From contig NW_021837038.1 in assembly GCF_006345805.1 (NCBI RefSeq), forward strand, positions 2,470-66,469: a DNA stretch of 64,000 nt, in the 5' to 3' direction. Source of the stretch: Octopus sinensis (lineage: Eukaryota). A program made the translations under genes and the position numbers. The notes under the pieces were generated by a model. That model was not told the DNA's origin. It made no database searches and saw only the letters and a program-made list of their open reading frames with translations. Positions 34,203-44,509 of this stretch are shown here, one piece after another (within the stretch, counting starts at the first letter, position 1; every line of letters begins with the position of its first letter).

Positions 34203-37200
34203 CATATATACGACAGGCTTCTTTCAGTTTCCGTCTACCAAATCCACTCACAAGGCATTGGTCGGCCCGAGGCTACAGCAGAAGACACTTGCCCAAGGTG
34301 CCACGCAGTGGGATTGAACCCGGAACCATGTGGTTGGTTAGCAAGCTACTTACCACACAGCCACTCCTGCACTTATATATATATATACGACAGGCTTCTT
34401 TCAGTTTCCGTCTACCAAATCCACTCACAAGGCATTGGTCGGCCCGAGGCTACAGCAGAAGACACTTGCCCAAGGTGCCACGCAGTGGGATTGAACCCGG
34501 AACCATGTGGTTGGTTAGCAAGCTACTTACCACACAGCCACTCCTGCGCCTTTTGCATAAAATGTTTGGAAATCAGCAACAAAGGTTCATGGGATATTCA
34601 TATAGGATCTGTGGTAGTTTAAGAGTAATACAGCTGTATGATGGTGGAAGTAATTAGTAAACAAGGCAGCGAGCTGGCAGAATCGTTAGCATGCCGGGCG
34701 AAATGCTTACTGGTATTTCGTCTGCCGTTACGTTCTGAGTTCAAATTCCGCCGAGGTCAACTTTGCCTTTCATCCTTTCGGGGTCGATTGAATAAGTACC
34801 AGTTACGCACTGGGGTCGATGTAATTGACTTAATACCTTTGTCTGTCCTTGTTTGTCCTCTCTGTGTTTAGCCCCTTGTGGGTAGTAAAGAAATAGGTAT
34901 TTCGTCTGCCGTTACGTTCTGAGTTCAAATTCCGCCGAGGTCGACTTTGCCTTTCATCCTTTCGGAGTCAATTAATAACTAACGCCAACCACTCCGTGAG
35001 TGTAGTGGGTGCTTTTTACCTCACTACCTCCACCTCCTCCTCATCATCGTTTAACGTCCGTTTTCCATGCTAGCATGGGTTGGACAGTCTGACCAGGGCC
35101 TTGGAAGCCAGGAGGCTGCACCAGGCTCCAGTCTGATCTGGCAGTGTTTCTACAGCTGGATGCTCTTCCTAACGCCAACCACTCCGTGAGTGTAGTGGGT
35201 GCTTTTTATGTGCCACCTGCACAGGTGCCAGACGAGGCTGGCAAACGGCCACGATCTGATGGTGCTTTTTATGTGAGGAGGTCTCTAATAAACCAGCCTC
35301 TCAGTCCACAAAAAAACCCCAGAAAAACCCCCCAACCAACCAACCAACATTCATTGAACTAATTTAACAATACTCTTGTTTATTGAAGTTAAATTGACAT
35401 TTTTGACATTTCAAAAAGTTATTTCCAATTTTGTTTTTTACTTATATTTTCTTTTTTAGTTTCTAGTTTTCCGTGTACAACGCCTTCGTCAACAGATGTC
35501 ACTGCACCATCTCCAAATCTTACAACAGAACCTAAGAGCACTTTTAACCTAACCATATTCCTTGCTATTATTGGTGCTATGATCGGTCTACTACTTTTGG
35601 TGCTTAGTTTTTACTGTTTCAAGCGTAAGTATCCAATCTTTGTTCAGACTTATGCACCAGGCTCCAGTCTGACCTGGCAATGTTTCTACGGCTGGATGCT
35701 CTTCCTGACGCCAACCACTCCGAGAGTGTAGTGGGTGCTTTTTACGTGCCACCGGCATGGAGGCCAGTCAGGCGGTACTGGCAACGACCTCGCTCGAATC
35801 CTTTTAGTGGCTGTGTGGTAAGGCGCAGGAGTGGCTGTGTAGTAAGTAGCCTGCTTCTCAGCCAAATGGTTCTAGGTTCAGTCCCACGGCGAGGCACCTT
35901 GGGCAAGTGTCTTCTACTATAGCCTTGGGGTGACCAAAGCCTTGTGAGTGGATTTGGCAGACGGAAACTGAAAGAAGCCCGTCGTATATATGTGTATATA
36001 TATGTGTGTGTGTGTTTGTACCCCCTAGCATTGCTTGACAACCGATGCTGGTGTGTTTAGGTCCCTGTAACTTAGCGGTTCGGCAAAAGAGAATGATAGA
36101 ATAAGTACTAGGCTTACAAAGAATAAGTCCTGGGGTTGATTTGATTCGACTAAAGGCACTGCTCCAGCATGGCCACAGTCAAATGACTGAAACAAGTAAA
36201 AGAACAAAAAAAGGAAGGATCACCAAAATTATCTGTATTTGTAGCACTGGTGTCTTGGTTCTGATCACATAGTCATAAGCAGATGGGTTAAATCTCACTT
36301 ATAGGACACGAATCTATTTCAGGAAATGTCCATGCCGGTGGCACATAAAAAGCACCATCCAATCGTGGCCATTGCCAGCCTCATCTGGTTTCCATGCCAG
36401 TGGCATGTAAAAAGTATCACCCAATCGTGGCCATTTGCCCGCCTCGTCTGATCTCCATGCCAGTGGCACATAAAAAGCATCATCCAATCGTGGCCATTGC
36501 CAGCCTCGTCTGGTCCCCGTGCCGGTGGCACGTAAAAAGCATCACCCAATCGTGGCCATTGCCAGCCTTGTCTGGCCTCCATGCCGGTGGCACATAAAAA
36601 GCATCATCCAATCGTGGCCATTGCCATCGTCTGGCCTCCATGCCGGTGGCATGTAAAAACCATCATCCAATCGTGGCCATTGCCATCCTCGTCTGGCCTC
36701 CATGCCAGTGGCATGTAAAAAGCATCATCCAATCGTGGCCGTTCACCAGCCTCCTCTGGCATCTGTGCGGGTGGCACGTAAAAAGCACCCACTACACTCA
36801 CGAAGTGGTTGGCGTTAGGAAGGGCATCCAGCCGTAGAAACACTGCCTGTTCAGACTGGGCCTGGTGCAGCCTTCTGGCTTCCCAGACCCCAGTTGAACC
36901 GTCCAACCCATGCTAGCATGGAAAGCAGACGTTAAACGATGCTGATGAGGATCTCTTGTAGATGTAGTTCCTATTTTATCAGAGATTGAAAACCTAAGGC
37001 CAATCTTGATGAGGATTCAAGATTTACAAATGTATTCCGGACTTAACTCTTTCACCTTTGTAATATGTTGAAATGTGGATATTTACGGGGGCCATTCTTT
37101 ATATGTGCATGTTTTGATGTTTGTTTGATGAAGGAAATTGCTAATACTGTTCATAAATAATAATCCATTAAATGTGAAGTATATTTGCCACTTAAATGTG

Positions 37201-37981
37201 GTTAACCACTAAGGGAGTGGAGGCACATGGCCTAGTGGTTAGAGCAGCGGACTCACGGTTGAGGGATTGCGAGTTCGAATCTCAGATCGGGCGATGTGTG
37301 TGTTTATTAGCGAAATACCTAAGCTACACACGGCTCCGGCAGCAGGTAATGGCAACTCTTTCGCCACAACTTTCTCTCACTCTTTCCTCCTGCATCTTGC
37401 AGCTCACCTGTGATGGACCGGCGTCCTGTCCAGGTGGGAAACCTATACACCAAGAAACCGGGAAACCGGCCCTTATGAGCAAGGCATGGCTCAAGAAGGA
37501 ACATTCATTCATTTTCAATCCTTTAATTCTAATATATTCTTGATATTTTATTATTGATTGGGTCAATTTATTGTTGTATTTTGGAATGGTCATTTTGCCA
37601 GTTTAGCCAATAAAAACACACGCACTATATATTTGGTGTTACTTTGCTTCAGTGTTATTTATTTTTTACATTAATCTTAATCTTATTTCGGCCAGAGTTC
37701 TTTCGTCACACTCCTGTGACCGCATCAGTGGTCCTTTGCTTTCTTCTTTCTTATTTGTGTCTTTCCTTACTCTGGCCGAAATAAGATTAAGATTAATGCA
37801 AAAAATAAATAACACAGGAATGGCTGTGTGGTAAGTAGCTTGCTAACCAACCACATCGTTGCGGGTTCAGTCCCACTGCGTGGCACCTTGGGCAAGTGTC
37901 TTCTGCTATAGCCCCGGGCCGACCAATGCCTTGTGAGTGGATTTGGTAGACGGAAACTGAAAGAAGCCTGTCGTATATATG

Positions 37982-38012
<31 letters not shown>

Positions 38013-39785
38013 ATGTTTGTGTGTCTGTGTTTGTTTCCCTAGCATTGCTTGACAACCGATGCTGGTGTGTTTACGTCCCCGTCACTTAGCGGTTCGGCAA
38101 AATAGACCGATAGAATAAGTACTGGGCTTACAAAGAATAAGTCCTGGGGGCGATTTGATCGACTAAAGGCAGTGCTCCAGCATGGCCGCAGTCAAATGAC
38201 TGAAACAAATAAAAGAGAGTAACACTGAAGCAAAGTAACACCAAATATATAGTGCGTGTGTTTTTATTGGCTAAACTGGCAAAACGACCGTTCCGAAATA
38301 CAACAATATCTGTTTCAACACACGACTTCACATAAAAAATCTTACACAACAAATATATAAATGTGTAGTGGATGTGTGTGTGTATATATAAATACATAAA
38401 TTGTTTCATGATTGAAAAGGGATTTATTTACATGGATTATAAATACACTACATACAATAGAGCACATATTAGAGATGAATATGTTTGTGTTACTCTTTAC
38501 TCTTTTACTCTTTTACTTGTTTCAGTCATTTGACTGCGGCCATGCTGGAGCACCGCCTTTAGTCGAGCAAATCAACCCCGGGACTTATTCTTTGTAAGCC
38601 CAGTACTTATTCTATCGGTCTCTTTTGCCGAACCGCTAAGTGACGGGGACGTAAACACACCAGCATCGGTTGTCAAGCAATGCTAGGGGGACAAACAGAG
38701 ACACACAAACATACACGCACATATATATATATATACATATATACGACGGGCTTCTTTCAGTTTCCGTCTACCAAATCCACTCACAAGGCTTTGGTCGGCC
38801 CGAGGCTATAGTAGAAGACACTTGCCCAAGGTGCCACGCAGTGGTTGGTTAGCAAGCTACTTACCAGACAGCCACTCCTGCGCCTATGTGTGTGTGGGTG
38901 TGTGCTTGAATCATTTGAAACAGTAGCCTGTAGGCATTTCTCTGTCGTCTTCAAAACGCGGGGTGTCTACTGGTGTGTCAGCATCGATTGTGTTTCTTTC
39001 TCTGTTGTTCCCTTGTATTTATAATATTTCAAACAGCTAGAAAGATAGACATACTACGACAGAGTTACATGTATCAATTTATATTTCCAGGAACAATTCA
39101 AGAGAAAAGAGGACTGCTGTTTTATACAGAGGACCATTCCTACCACTGTGAAGCCATCGATCAGTTTGTATCTCTCATGAATATGAGCAAGTGTAAACTA
39201 GAACTTGCTGCGCGTCTAGTGAAAGGCAGCGATCCTTCGAGGCTGACTTTAGAAATCCAAAGGTCCGATTTTATAATTCTTGTATACTCCAAAGCTCTTC
39301 ACAAAAGAATCCAGGCGTGGAAAAACAGCCAGGATTACATAAATTTTTTAAAAGAGGACAACTCAGCGCTTTTGACAGCTTCCCTTCTCAAGGAACTTGA
39401 AGAAAGCAACAAACTTATCATTTGTAAGTTCCCTCAGGTACCAAACTCCAGTGTGAGCGGCGAGTTTCCTTCGGTCAAGTGCTACACACTCACGAAAGAG
39501 CTGAGATTGCTTATTCAACAAATCCACGGAAGAGGAGTGGATCACGAACTTGCCGTTCTTGACAGAAGTAACAAACTCAATCACAACTCTTTGACAAACA
39601 CTATTAAGAATGCTACCAACTTTGAAGAAAACAGTTCCTATTGGTTTGAAGACAAATATATTTGCCCTAAGAAAATGGAGTCTTTAAATGAAATGCCTGA
39701 TTATGCTGAAAACTTTTCAGATGGATGTGAACATAGTATTTATTCCATTCCTATAAGTTCCAAATTGGAACAGATTAATGAGTAG
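17573..39785 (+). CDS. IL17R: IL-17 receptor-like (SEFIR-domain) type I membrane protein, spliced model of 10 coding exons, 549 aa
   Basis: Exons 17573-17653, 19104-19131, 19934-20062, 23642-23745, 26784-26898, 27530-27693, 29824-29883, 33799-33907, 35460-35624, 39091-39785 are GT-AG bounded, phase compatible and sum to 1650 nt; signal peptide, FnIII-like ectodomain, TM helix, SEFIR. Additional small in-phase exons cannot be excluded. Symbol is family-level only. Confidence 0.82.
17815..19000. mobile_element. Five tandem ~245-bp subunits of the GGATCTTTTCGGTTTGA MITE family, inverted relative to 16513-17200
   Basis: Repeated GGGATCTTTTCGGTTTGACCGGCAGTTTTT...AAACACTTTTAAACTTCGTATACTGG units. 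Confidence 0.85.
19104..19131 (+). CDS. IL17R: IL17R-like coding exon 2 (28 nt)
   Basis: TTTTCCTTTTCAG|GAA...AAAT|GTAAGT; ESYYLYRTK, phase 0 to 1. Confidence 0.75.
19340..19915 (+). repeat. Three tandem copies of the (GAT)n-tailed end of the VNTR-bearing SINE-like element
   Basis: CACTACACTCTCGGAG..GGAAGGG(C/A)ATCCAGCTGTAGAAAC..CCCATGCTAGCATGGAAAG..GATGATG three times. Confidence 0.8.
19934..20062 (+). CDS. IL17R: IL17R-like coding exon 3
   Basis: TTTCAG|GT...GCAA|GTAAGA; CNASLDVFKPFPNGKYPERPKFFQLTDFLRNEKKGIKAVWNA, phase 1 to 1. Confidence 0.8.
20860..22008. mobile_element. VNTR-cored SINE-like element with a 109-bp higher-order minisatellite
   Basis: TGCCAGTGGCACGTAAAAAGCACC-type units alternating ~59 and ~50 bp; (GAATCA)-like end on the left, (GAT)n end on the right. 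Confidence 0.85.
22172..22555 (+). mobile_element. Non-autonomous Helitron
   Basis: A|TCTCTCTATATATAAACGGC...GAGCAACGCCGGACGATACTGCTAG|T: 5' TC, 3' CTAG, inserted between A and T; second full copy at 54364-54737, 3' end at ~30675-30703. Confidence 0.8.
22908..23166. repeat. Perfect inverted repeat, 121-bp arms, 17-nt spacer, each arm with a CTGATGA hammerhead-like motif
   Basis: 22908-23028 is the reverse complement of 23046-23166; plus-strand motif AGCTTC-CTGATGA-TTTCTTTTGAAT-GAAAC...GTC-CTGTA-GAAGCT at 23100-23150. Confidence 0.9.
23351..23452 (-). ncRNA. Degenerate hammerhead-like motif with long AT-rich stem II
   Basis: Minus strand AAC-CTGAAGA-GTAACTATAATT...AATTATAGCCAT-GAAA-CGTACG-TA-GTT; stem III palindrome ACGTACGT; stem I only ~3 bp. 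Confidence 0.45.
23642..23745 (+). CDS. IL17R: IL17R-like coding exon 4
   Basis: TTTTAATAG|GT...AAT|GTGAGT; LTHLKGFKIEYDFDDKICRILDFSEFLKNKSISN, phase 1 to 0. Confidence 0.8.
24120..24408 (-). mobile_element. tRNA-derived SINE (family d)
   Basis: Minus-strand head TGGAGGCGCAATGGCCTAGTGGTTAGGGCAGCGGACTCG...GGTTTCGATTCCC (A and B boxes); related copies at ~25020, ~37215, ~42045. Confidence 0.8.
24427..24940 (-). repeat. Three tandem copies of the 5' half of SINE family b
   Basis: ~178-bp units separated by (TA)n. Confidence 0.85.
25879..26103. mobile_element. piggyBac-type MITE, 225 bp
   Basis: TTAA|CCCTTTAG...CTAAAGGA|TTAA. Confidence 0.75.
26419..26643. mobile_element. piggyBac-type MITE, 225 bp (second copy)
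   Basis: TTAA|CCCTTAAG...CTAAAGGG|TTAA. Confidence 0.75.
26784..26898 (+). CDS. IL17R: IL17R-like coding exon 5
   Basis: TTTCTTTGCAG|TAT...TTCA|GTAAGG; YDFEFNLHPVRMNKEILVHLHPLPESGNNYLTAKVDTF, phase 0 to 1. Confidence 0.82.
26949..27283. repeat. Imperfect (ACC)n triplet tract preceded by an inverted (GGT)n run
   Basis: GGTGGTGGTGGTGGCGG-CTTT-ACCACC... about 105 triplets with interspersed AAA/GAA/GCC variants. Confidence 0.9.
27530..27693 (+). CDS. IL17R: IL17R-like coding exon 6 (second FnIII-like domain)
   Basis: CCTTTGCAG|TG...CAG|GTTTGT; CREWVTPIDYKLEENKLIVDFEQGPSKCDIKQYNVAL..., phase 1 to 0. Confidence 0.85.
28615..29260. mobile_element. VNTR-cored SINE-like element (~60-bp units)
   Basis: (CAT)n end, GGATGCTCTTCCTTACGCCAACC, then ~8 TTTTTACGTGCCAC units. 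Confidence 0.8.
29824..29883 (+). CDS. IL17R: IL17R-like coding exon 7
   Basis: TCATTTTCAG|ACA...ACT|GTAAGT; TTSKLTHEFHRICSGNYYTT, phase 0 to 0. Confidence 0.8.
32036..32071 (+). ncRNA. Variant hammerhead-like motif (CUGUNGAA family)
   Basis: CTTT-CTGTAGAA-GAGC-ACAG-GCTC-GAAA-CGTA-AAAG. Confidence 0.4.
32182..33750 (-). repeat. Nine tandem copies of the tRNA-like 5' half of SINE family b
   Basis: Units of ~175 bp start near 32182, 32361, 32537, 32713, 32889, 33065, 33238, 33415, 33590, separated by short (TA)n. Confidence 0.9.
33799..33907 (+). CDS. IL17R: IL17R-like coding exon 8 (Cys-rich)
   Basis: TTTTCTTAAAG|GTT...CAAA|GTAAGT; VEIIDEFWNVDGKCICKNEYSRCGVDCIRSKSTDFQ, phase 0 to 1. Confidence 0.85.
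35460..35624 (+). CDS. IL17R: IL17R-like coding exon 9 (Ser/Thr/Pro stalk and TM helix)
   Basis: TTTCTTTTTTAG|TT...AAGC|GTAAGT; SSFPCTTPSSTDVTAPSP...LTIFLAIIGAMIGLLLLVLSFYCFK, phase 1 to 1. Confidence 0.85.
36328..36950. mobile_element. VNTR-cored SINE-like element (~59-bp units)
   Basis: CCATGCC(A/G)GTGGCA..AAAAAGCATCATCCAATCGTGGCC units then GGAAGGGCATCCAGCC..CCCATGCTAGCATGG..GATG. Confidence 0.8.
39091..39785 (+). CDS. IL17R: IL17R-like coding exon 10 (SEFIR domain and C-terminal tail)
   Basis: ATATTTCCAG|GA; RGLLFYTEDHSYHCEAIDQFV (box-1-like), SDFIILVYSKA, YTLTKELRLLIQQIHG, then NFEENSSYWFEDKY; stop at 39783-39785. Confidence 0.88.
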
Positions 39786-39895
39786 AATGACTCGTTAGCT
39801 TAAAAGATTCGCAGACGGGATTCATTTGTTTCAACAAAGATTTGGTTTCATTTTTATATTTTTAAATCTCATCCGGGATCCTTCCTGCTTTTGTT

Positions 39896-40318
39896 GGATC
39901 TTTTCGGTTTGAACGGCAGTTTTTTCTAGCGATGTCATATGAAATTGTCACCCATAATTATGACCCTAGAACCTATCTATTGCATTTCAATCTGTTTTAG
40001 GGTTAAGGCTTGGGGTGGGGGAAGGGTATCTTTTTTTTCTTCACAAATGTAAATAAACCCAATCTGTTTCTTGAACGAGGGACATATTCATACGGCACAG
40101 AATGTTTTTTTTTTACCTCAATAGACGTCATTGATTGGTTGAAATTGCAGAAATTGAAGAAAAAAAACAACAAATATCTTACAAACTATAGAATTTTCTC
40201 AATAAAGCCAAGAGAAAGAGATGTTTTATAAACACATTCTACCAGTATACGAAGTTTAAAAGTGTTTAGTTACGTGGAAATTATTTTAAAAAACTGCCGG
40301 TCAAACCGAAAAGATCCC
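39896..40318. mobile_element. GGATCTTTTCGGTTTGA-type MITE, full length
   Basis: TIRs GGATCTTTTCGGTTTGA(A/C)CGGCAGTTTTT at both ends. Confidence 0.85.
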
Positions 40319-41249
40319 ACCTGTGTCCTATGCAATAGTGTTGAGTTATTCAATTAATCATCTAATCATTTATTTTTTTAGACCATCCATCTATTTAGTT
40401 ATTTAATTTTAATTATCTAATTTCAATTTTAGTGTTTTATTTGAGTGGGGGTTACCACCTAATTGTAGAATATTTATATTTCACCATTTTTAATTTTTAT
40501 CGTAGCCATTTTTTTTTTCCATAATATTATTTTAATAGTCAAAGGGAGACAACTCTTTTATTAATCTTAATTTAATAAGATATTGAAAACTTATCAGATA
40601 TTAAATTAATCAGCTAATTAGCTAATGAATGAATCAATCAATTAATTAATTTAATTTAATAATTAATTGGTTGTGTATATATGCTTTTATTCCTATGTAC
40701 ACACACACACACACACACACACATTTATTTAGGGTGGCAAGCTGGCAGATATGTTAGAACGCCAGGCGAAATGCTTAGAGATATTTCGTCTGTTGTTACG
40801 TTCTGAGTTCAAATTCCGCCGAGGTCGACTTTGCCTTTCATCCTTTCGGGGTCGATAAATTAAGTACCAGTTAAGCACTGGGGTCGATATAATCGACTTA
40901 ATCCGTCTGTCTGTCCTTGTTTGTTCCCTCTGTGTTTAGCCCCTTGTGGGTAGTAAAGAAATAGAAATATATATATATATCATCATCATCATCATTTAGC
41001 GTCCGCTATCCATGCTAGCATGGGTTGGACGGTTCAACTGGGGTCTGTGAAGCCAGAAGGCTGCATCAGGCCCAGTCTGATCTGGCAGTGTTTCTACGGC
41101 TGGATGCCCTTCCTAACGCCAACCACTCCGTATATATATATATATATATATATATAATTATTATTTGAGGGAATAAAAACCAGACTTACAACGAAAAAAA
41201 TTCAATTTAGAATACTAAATCAAATTTCACACAATATAATATATATAAA

Positions 41250-41406
41250 AAATTAGAAAAAGACTACCTTTTATCAATTCAAAATGAATAATTAAATTAC
41301 ATTTTATTGTTATTTTAATTTTAACTTTTCTATTATATGTAATTTTCTAGATGGTGTAATTTAATTATTTATTTTGAATTGATAAAAGGTGGTCTTTTTC
41401 TAATTT
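41250..41406. repeat. AT-rich inverted repeat, ~52-bp arms
   Basis: 41250-41301 is the near reverse complement of 41355-41406. Confidence 0.75.
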
Positions 41407-41413
41407 AAAAATA

Positions 41414-41693
41414 CGGCACAACTATTTCACCTCAATTGGACCTGCTCTCTTCAACATTACACCAGGACACGTCAAAACAGAAACTGACCACACAAAATTC
41501 AAGAAGTCTTTGGACAAATTCCTTCAAACAGTCCCGGACATACCACCTACACCCGGATATGTCTCCGCAAACAACTCTCTGCTCGAATGGGCCTTGGTGC
41601 CCAAATCCTGAATTGAAAGACTTCGCCAGGTGGTGCTATTAAGTTAGACATGGCCTGGGCCAATACTGGCCAAAACCTTTCTAAGTTTTCTAA

Positions 41694-41698
<5 letters not shown>
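41414..41698 (+). mobile_element. 3' end of a LINE (CR1/L2/Jockey group), ORF2 C-terminus plus tail
   Basis: RHNYFTSIGPALFNITP..KFKKSLDKFLQTVPDIPPTPGYVSANNSLLEW..* (41414-41611), then a TTTCTAAGT repeat tail and (TA)n. Confidence 0.75.
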
Positions 41699-41777
<79 letters not shown>

Positions 41778-42257
41778 TAAATTAGAGATAAAACCACTAT
41801 TAGGCAAATCAAACAGTGAAAATCATAAGCCAATATACATAGAAATAAAATTAATTAAAAAATATAAAAAATATAAAAATCCAATTAAAATATTTAAATT
41901 AAAGTTAAAATTTTTTAAAATTATTTAAATAAATAAATTAAACTTAAAAATTTTAAATATATATATATATTTTTTTTTATTATTTTATTTATTCTTTTAT
42001 TATTATTATTTTTTATATATATATATATATATATAAAAATATATGGAGGCGCAATGGCCTAGTGGTTAGGGCAGCGGACTCGCGGTCGGAGGATCGCGGT
42101 TTCGATTCCCAGACCGGGCGTTGTGTGTGTTTATTGAGCGAAAACACCTAAAAGCTCCACGAGGCTCCGGCAGGAGGTGGTGATCCCTGCTGTACTCTTT
42201 CACCACTCTAAAGGCGGTGCTCCAGCATGGCCGCAGTCAAATGACTGAAACAAGTAC

Positions 42258-42289
<32 letters not shown>

Positions 42290-42560
42290 CACACAAGTAT
42301 ATGTATGCATACACACATACATATACATACAGATATATATGCACACACAGATTTATGATTCAGTCTTGGGGATAGTACTAGATAATGTTATTACTCTGCA
42401 TATTTGTGGGTTATAATTTAATTATTTAATATTATTATTAAAGATGAGTTAGTCCAAGTGTATTTGTTTAAGGTATATTAATAGAGGGGTTATTAATGTC
42501 ATTGCTTAAACCATGTTTGTGTGTATTATTATTATTATTATTATTATTATCATTATTATT

Positions 42561-43116
42561 GAGTGAGAGAGCAGTGCATGCCATCAAAGTGACACTGGGG
42601 TAAAATATACGAAGCCCAGTATACCCATCATGACTACCCGTCTGATAAGGGTACACTAGGCACATGCATCACAACCATATGTGTGCGACATGGTGATCTC
42701 ATATCAAGATAAACAGCACATGACCTTGCAGGTGGGGCCCAGTTAGAATTTTCTTCAGGTTGAGTAGCCCATCCCGCTCAAAAGGTCCCTGAATAAGGGT
42801 TGTTTAAGGATGTTGAAAGAACCACCCATGTTTCCAGAGGTGAATTATCCAAACCCCCAAAGAATTCCTTTCAACACATGGCTATGATGCTCCCCCACTA
42901 CTTCTGCTCGTGATCAGAGATGCGCATATCGTCAGCCACCAAGGGACATGCTCAACTGGTTAAGGTCAAACAACTGACAAGTAAATCTGTGGTATTGAGC
43001 AGAATATTTGCTGTAGCCCATCTTTTATACCAAGACAAAACAATGTACATGATAACACTTCCAATCAGTTAAGATCAGAAGCCATGAGAGCCACTGCCTG
43101 GTACTGCATCAGGGCA
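42561..43116 (-). mobile_element. Unclassified ~550-bp element sitting in a (TAA)n tract, probable non-autonomous partner of the adjacent R4/Dong LINE
   Basis: Bounded by (TTA)n on both sides; its end sequence GATCAGAAGCCA(T/C)GAGAGCCACTGCCTGGTAC is repeated at ~43438-43468. Confidence 0.55.
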
Positions 43117-43308
43117 TTATTATTATCATTGTTATCTTTTTTTTTCTTCTTCTTTCAAATTTGCTTCCATTTCTTGCCGAGTGTCTTCCTGACTCCCAGG
43201 GCAAAGAAACTCATAGTATACATTGGTAGGTCATTACACTAAACTCACTAGTTCGTTCTTTTTTTTTTTTTTTAAAGTTAAATTAAAATACATGGGTAGT
43301 AATTGTTC

Positions 43309-43437
43309 TCACATTGACAATGCTCTTCTCAATACGTGTGATGTACCAGTTAAGGCAATCTTTTGCACTTCTTGCAGGGATGGTAAGCCAGGGATCATTC
43401 TCATATAATTTTCAGTTCCCTTCTTGATCATTCCTAG
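43309..43437 (-). pseudogene. C-terminus of an RLE-type non-LTR retrotransposon (R4/Dong-like)
   Basis: LGMIKKGTENYMRMIPGLPSLQEVQKIALTGTSHVLRRALSM* matches the LG.I...IPG...LQK.AL.GT..ILRR.L terminal motif; embedded in (TAA)n. Confidence 0.75.
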
Positions 43438-43496
43438 TGATCAGAAGCCACGAGAGCCACTGCCTGGTACTTATTATTATTATTATAATTATTATA

Positions 43497-43534
<38 letters not shown>

Positions 43535-43602
43535 TATTATTATCATCAATATGAGTGTACTTACTTGTACTTGTACTTGGGCGACATTCACCAACTATGT
43601 AG

Positions 43603-43951
43603 GACAATGATAACTGCATGGTATGTAGGATTAACCCTGACATTAATTGTAGAACTAGAGATGTAGTCTACAGCATAAGATGTATGCATAGAAGGAGCTT
43701 GTGAAGACATGAACATGACATACATAGGGGAGACATCTAGTAGCGTTGCGGAAAGACTAAATGAACATTTAAGATTATATGACGACAAAAAACAGTCCTC
43801 CATACTCCACCAACATGCGAAGGACCAGCATGGAGGCAACCTGAGTCAACTTGACATCCGCATTTTATCCTAGCACCCAAAGGACCCAACACTCAAACAA
43901 ATACAGGAGTACGTCCTCATAAATGAAACGTCCCCAGTACTAAACAGGAAA
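43603..43951 (+). pseudogene. Penelope-like element GIY-YIG endonuclease fragment
   Basis: CMVCRINPDINCRTRDVVYSIRC (VVY 43663-43671), frameshift, YIGETSSSVAERLNEH (YIG 43721-43729), SILHQHAKDQH, in-frame stop 43871-43873, KQIQEYVLINETSPVLNRK. Confidence 0.85.
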
Positions 43952-44509
43952 TACACAGAGCAGATAATCATACCCCAATACCCCTATACCCACAGTTTAT
44001 ATTTATATACAGATATAAATGTATGTATGTGTGTGTGTGTGTATATGTACATATATGTAGGTAAATAGATATGAAAGTAAACATAGACGCAGGAGTGGCT
44101 GTGTGGTAAGTAGCTTGCTAACCAACCACATGGTTCTGGGTTCAGTCCCACTACATGGCACCTTGGGCAAGTATCTTCTACTGTAGCCTCGGGCCGACCA
44201 ATGCCTTGTGAGTGGATTTGGTAGACGGAAACTGAAAGAAGCCCGTTGTATATATGTATATATATATATGTGTACGTGTATGTTTGTGTGTCTGTGTTTG
44301 TCCCCCTAGTATTGCTTGACAACCGATGCTGGTGTGTTTATGTCCCTGTCACTTAGCAGTTCGGCAAAAAAGACCGATAGAATAAGTACTGGGCTTACAA
44401 AAAAGAACAAGTCCCGGGGTCGAGTCGCTCGACTGAAGGCGGTGCTCCAGCATGGCTGCAGTCAAATGACTGAAACAAGTAAAAGAGAGAAAGCGAGATA
44501 GACATACAC

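Noticed and set aside
33965-34657. 230-aa ORF
   Set aside because: Entirely derived from SINE b and its tandem heads.
36306-37070. Possible juxtamembrane exons of IL17R at ~36306 and ~36962
   Set aside because: No convincing phase-1 donor; exons 9 and 10 already join in frame (C|GA = Arg).
38973-39090. N-terminal part of the 270-aa ORF 38973-39785
   Set aside because: Lies upstream of the acceptor ending 39090; intronic read-through with a non-ATG start.
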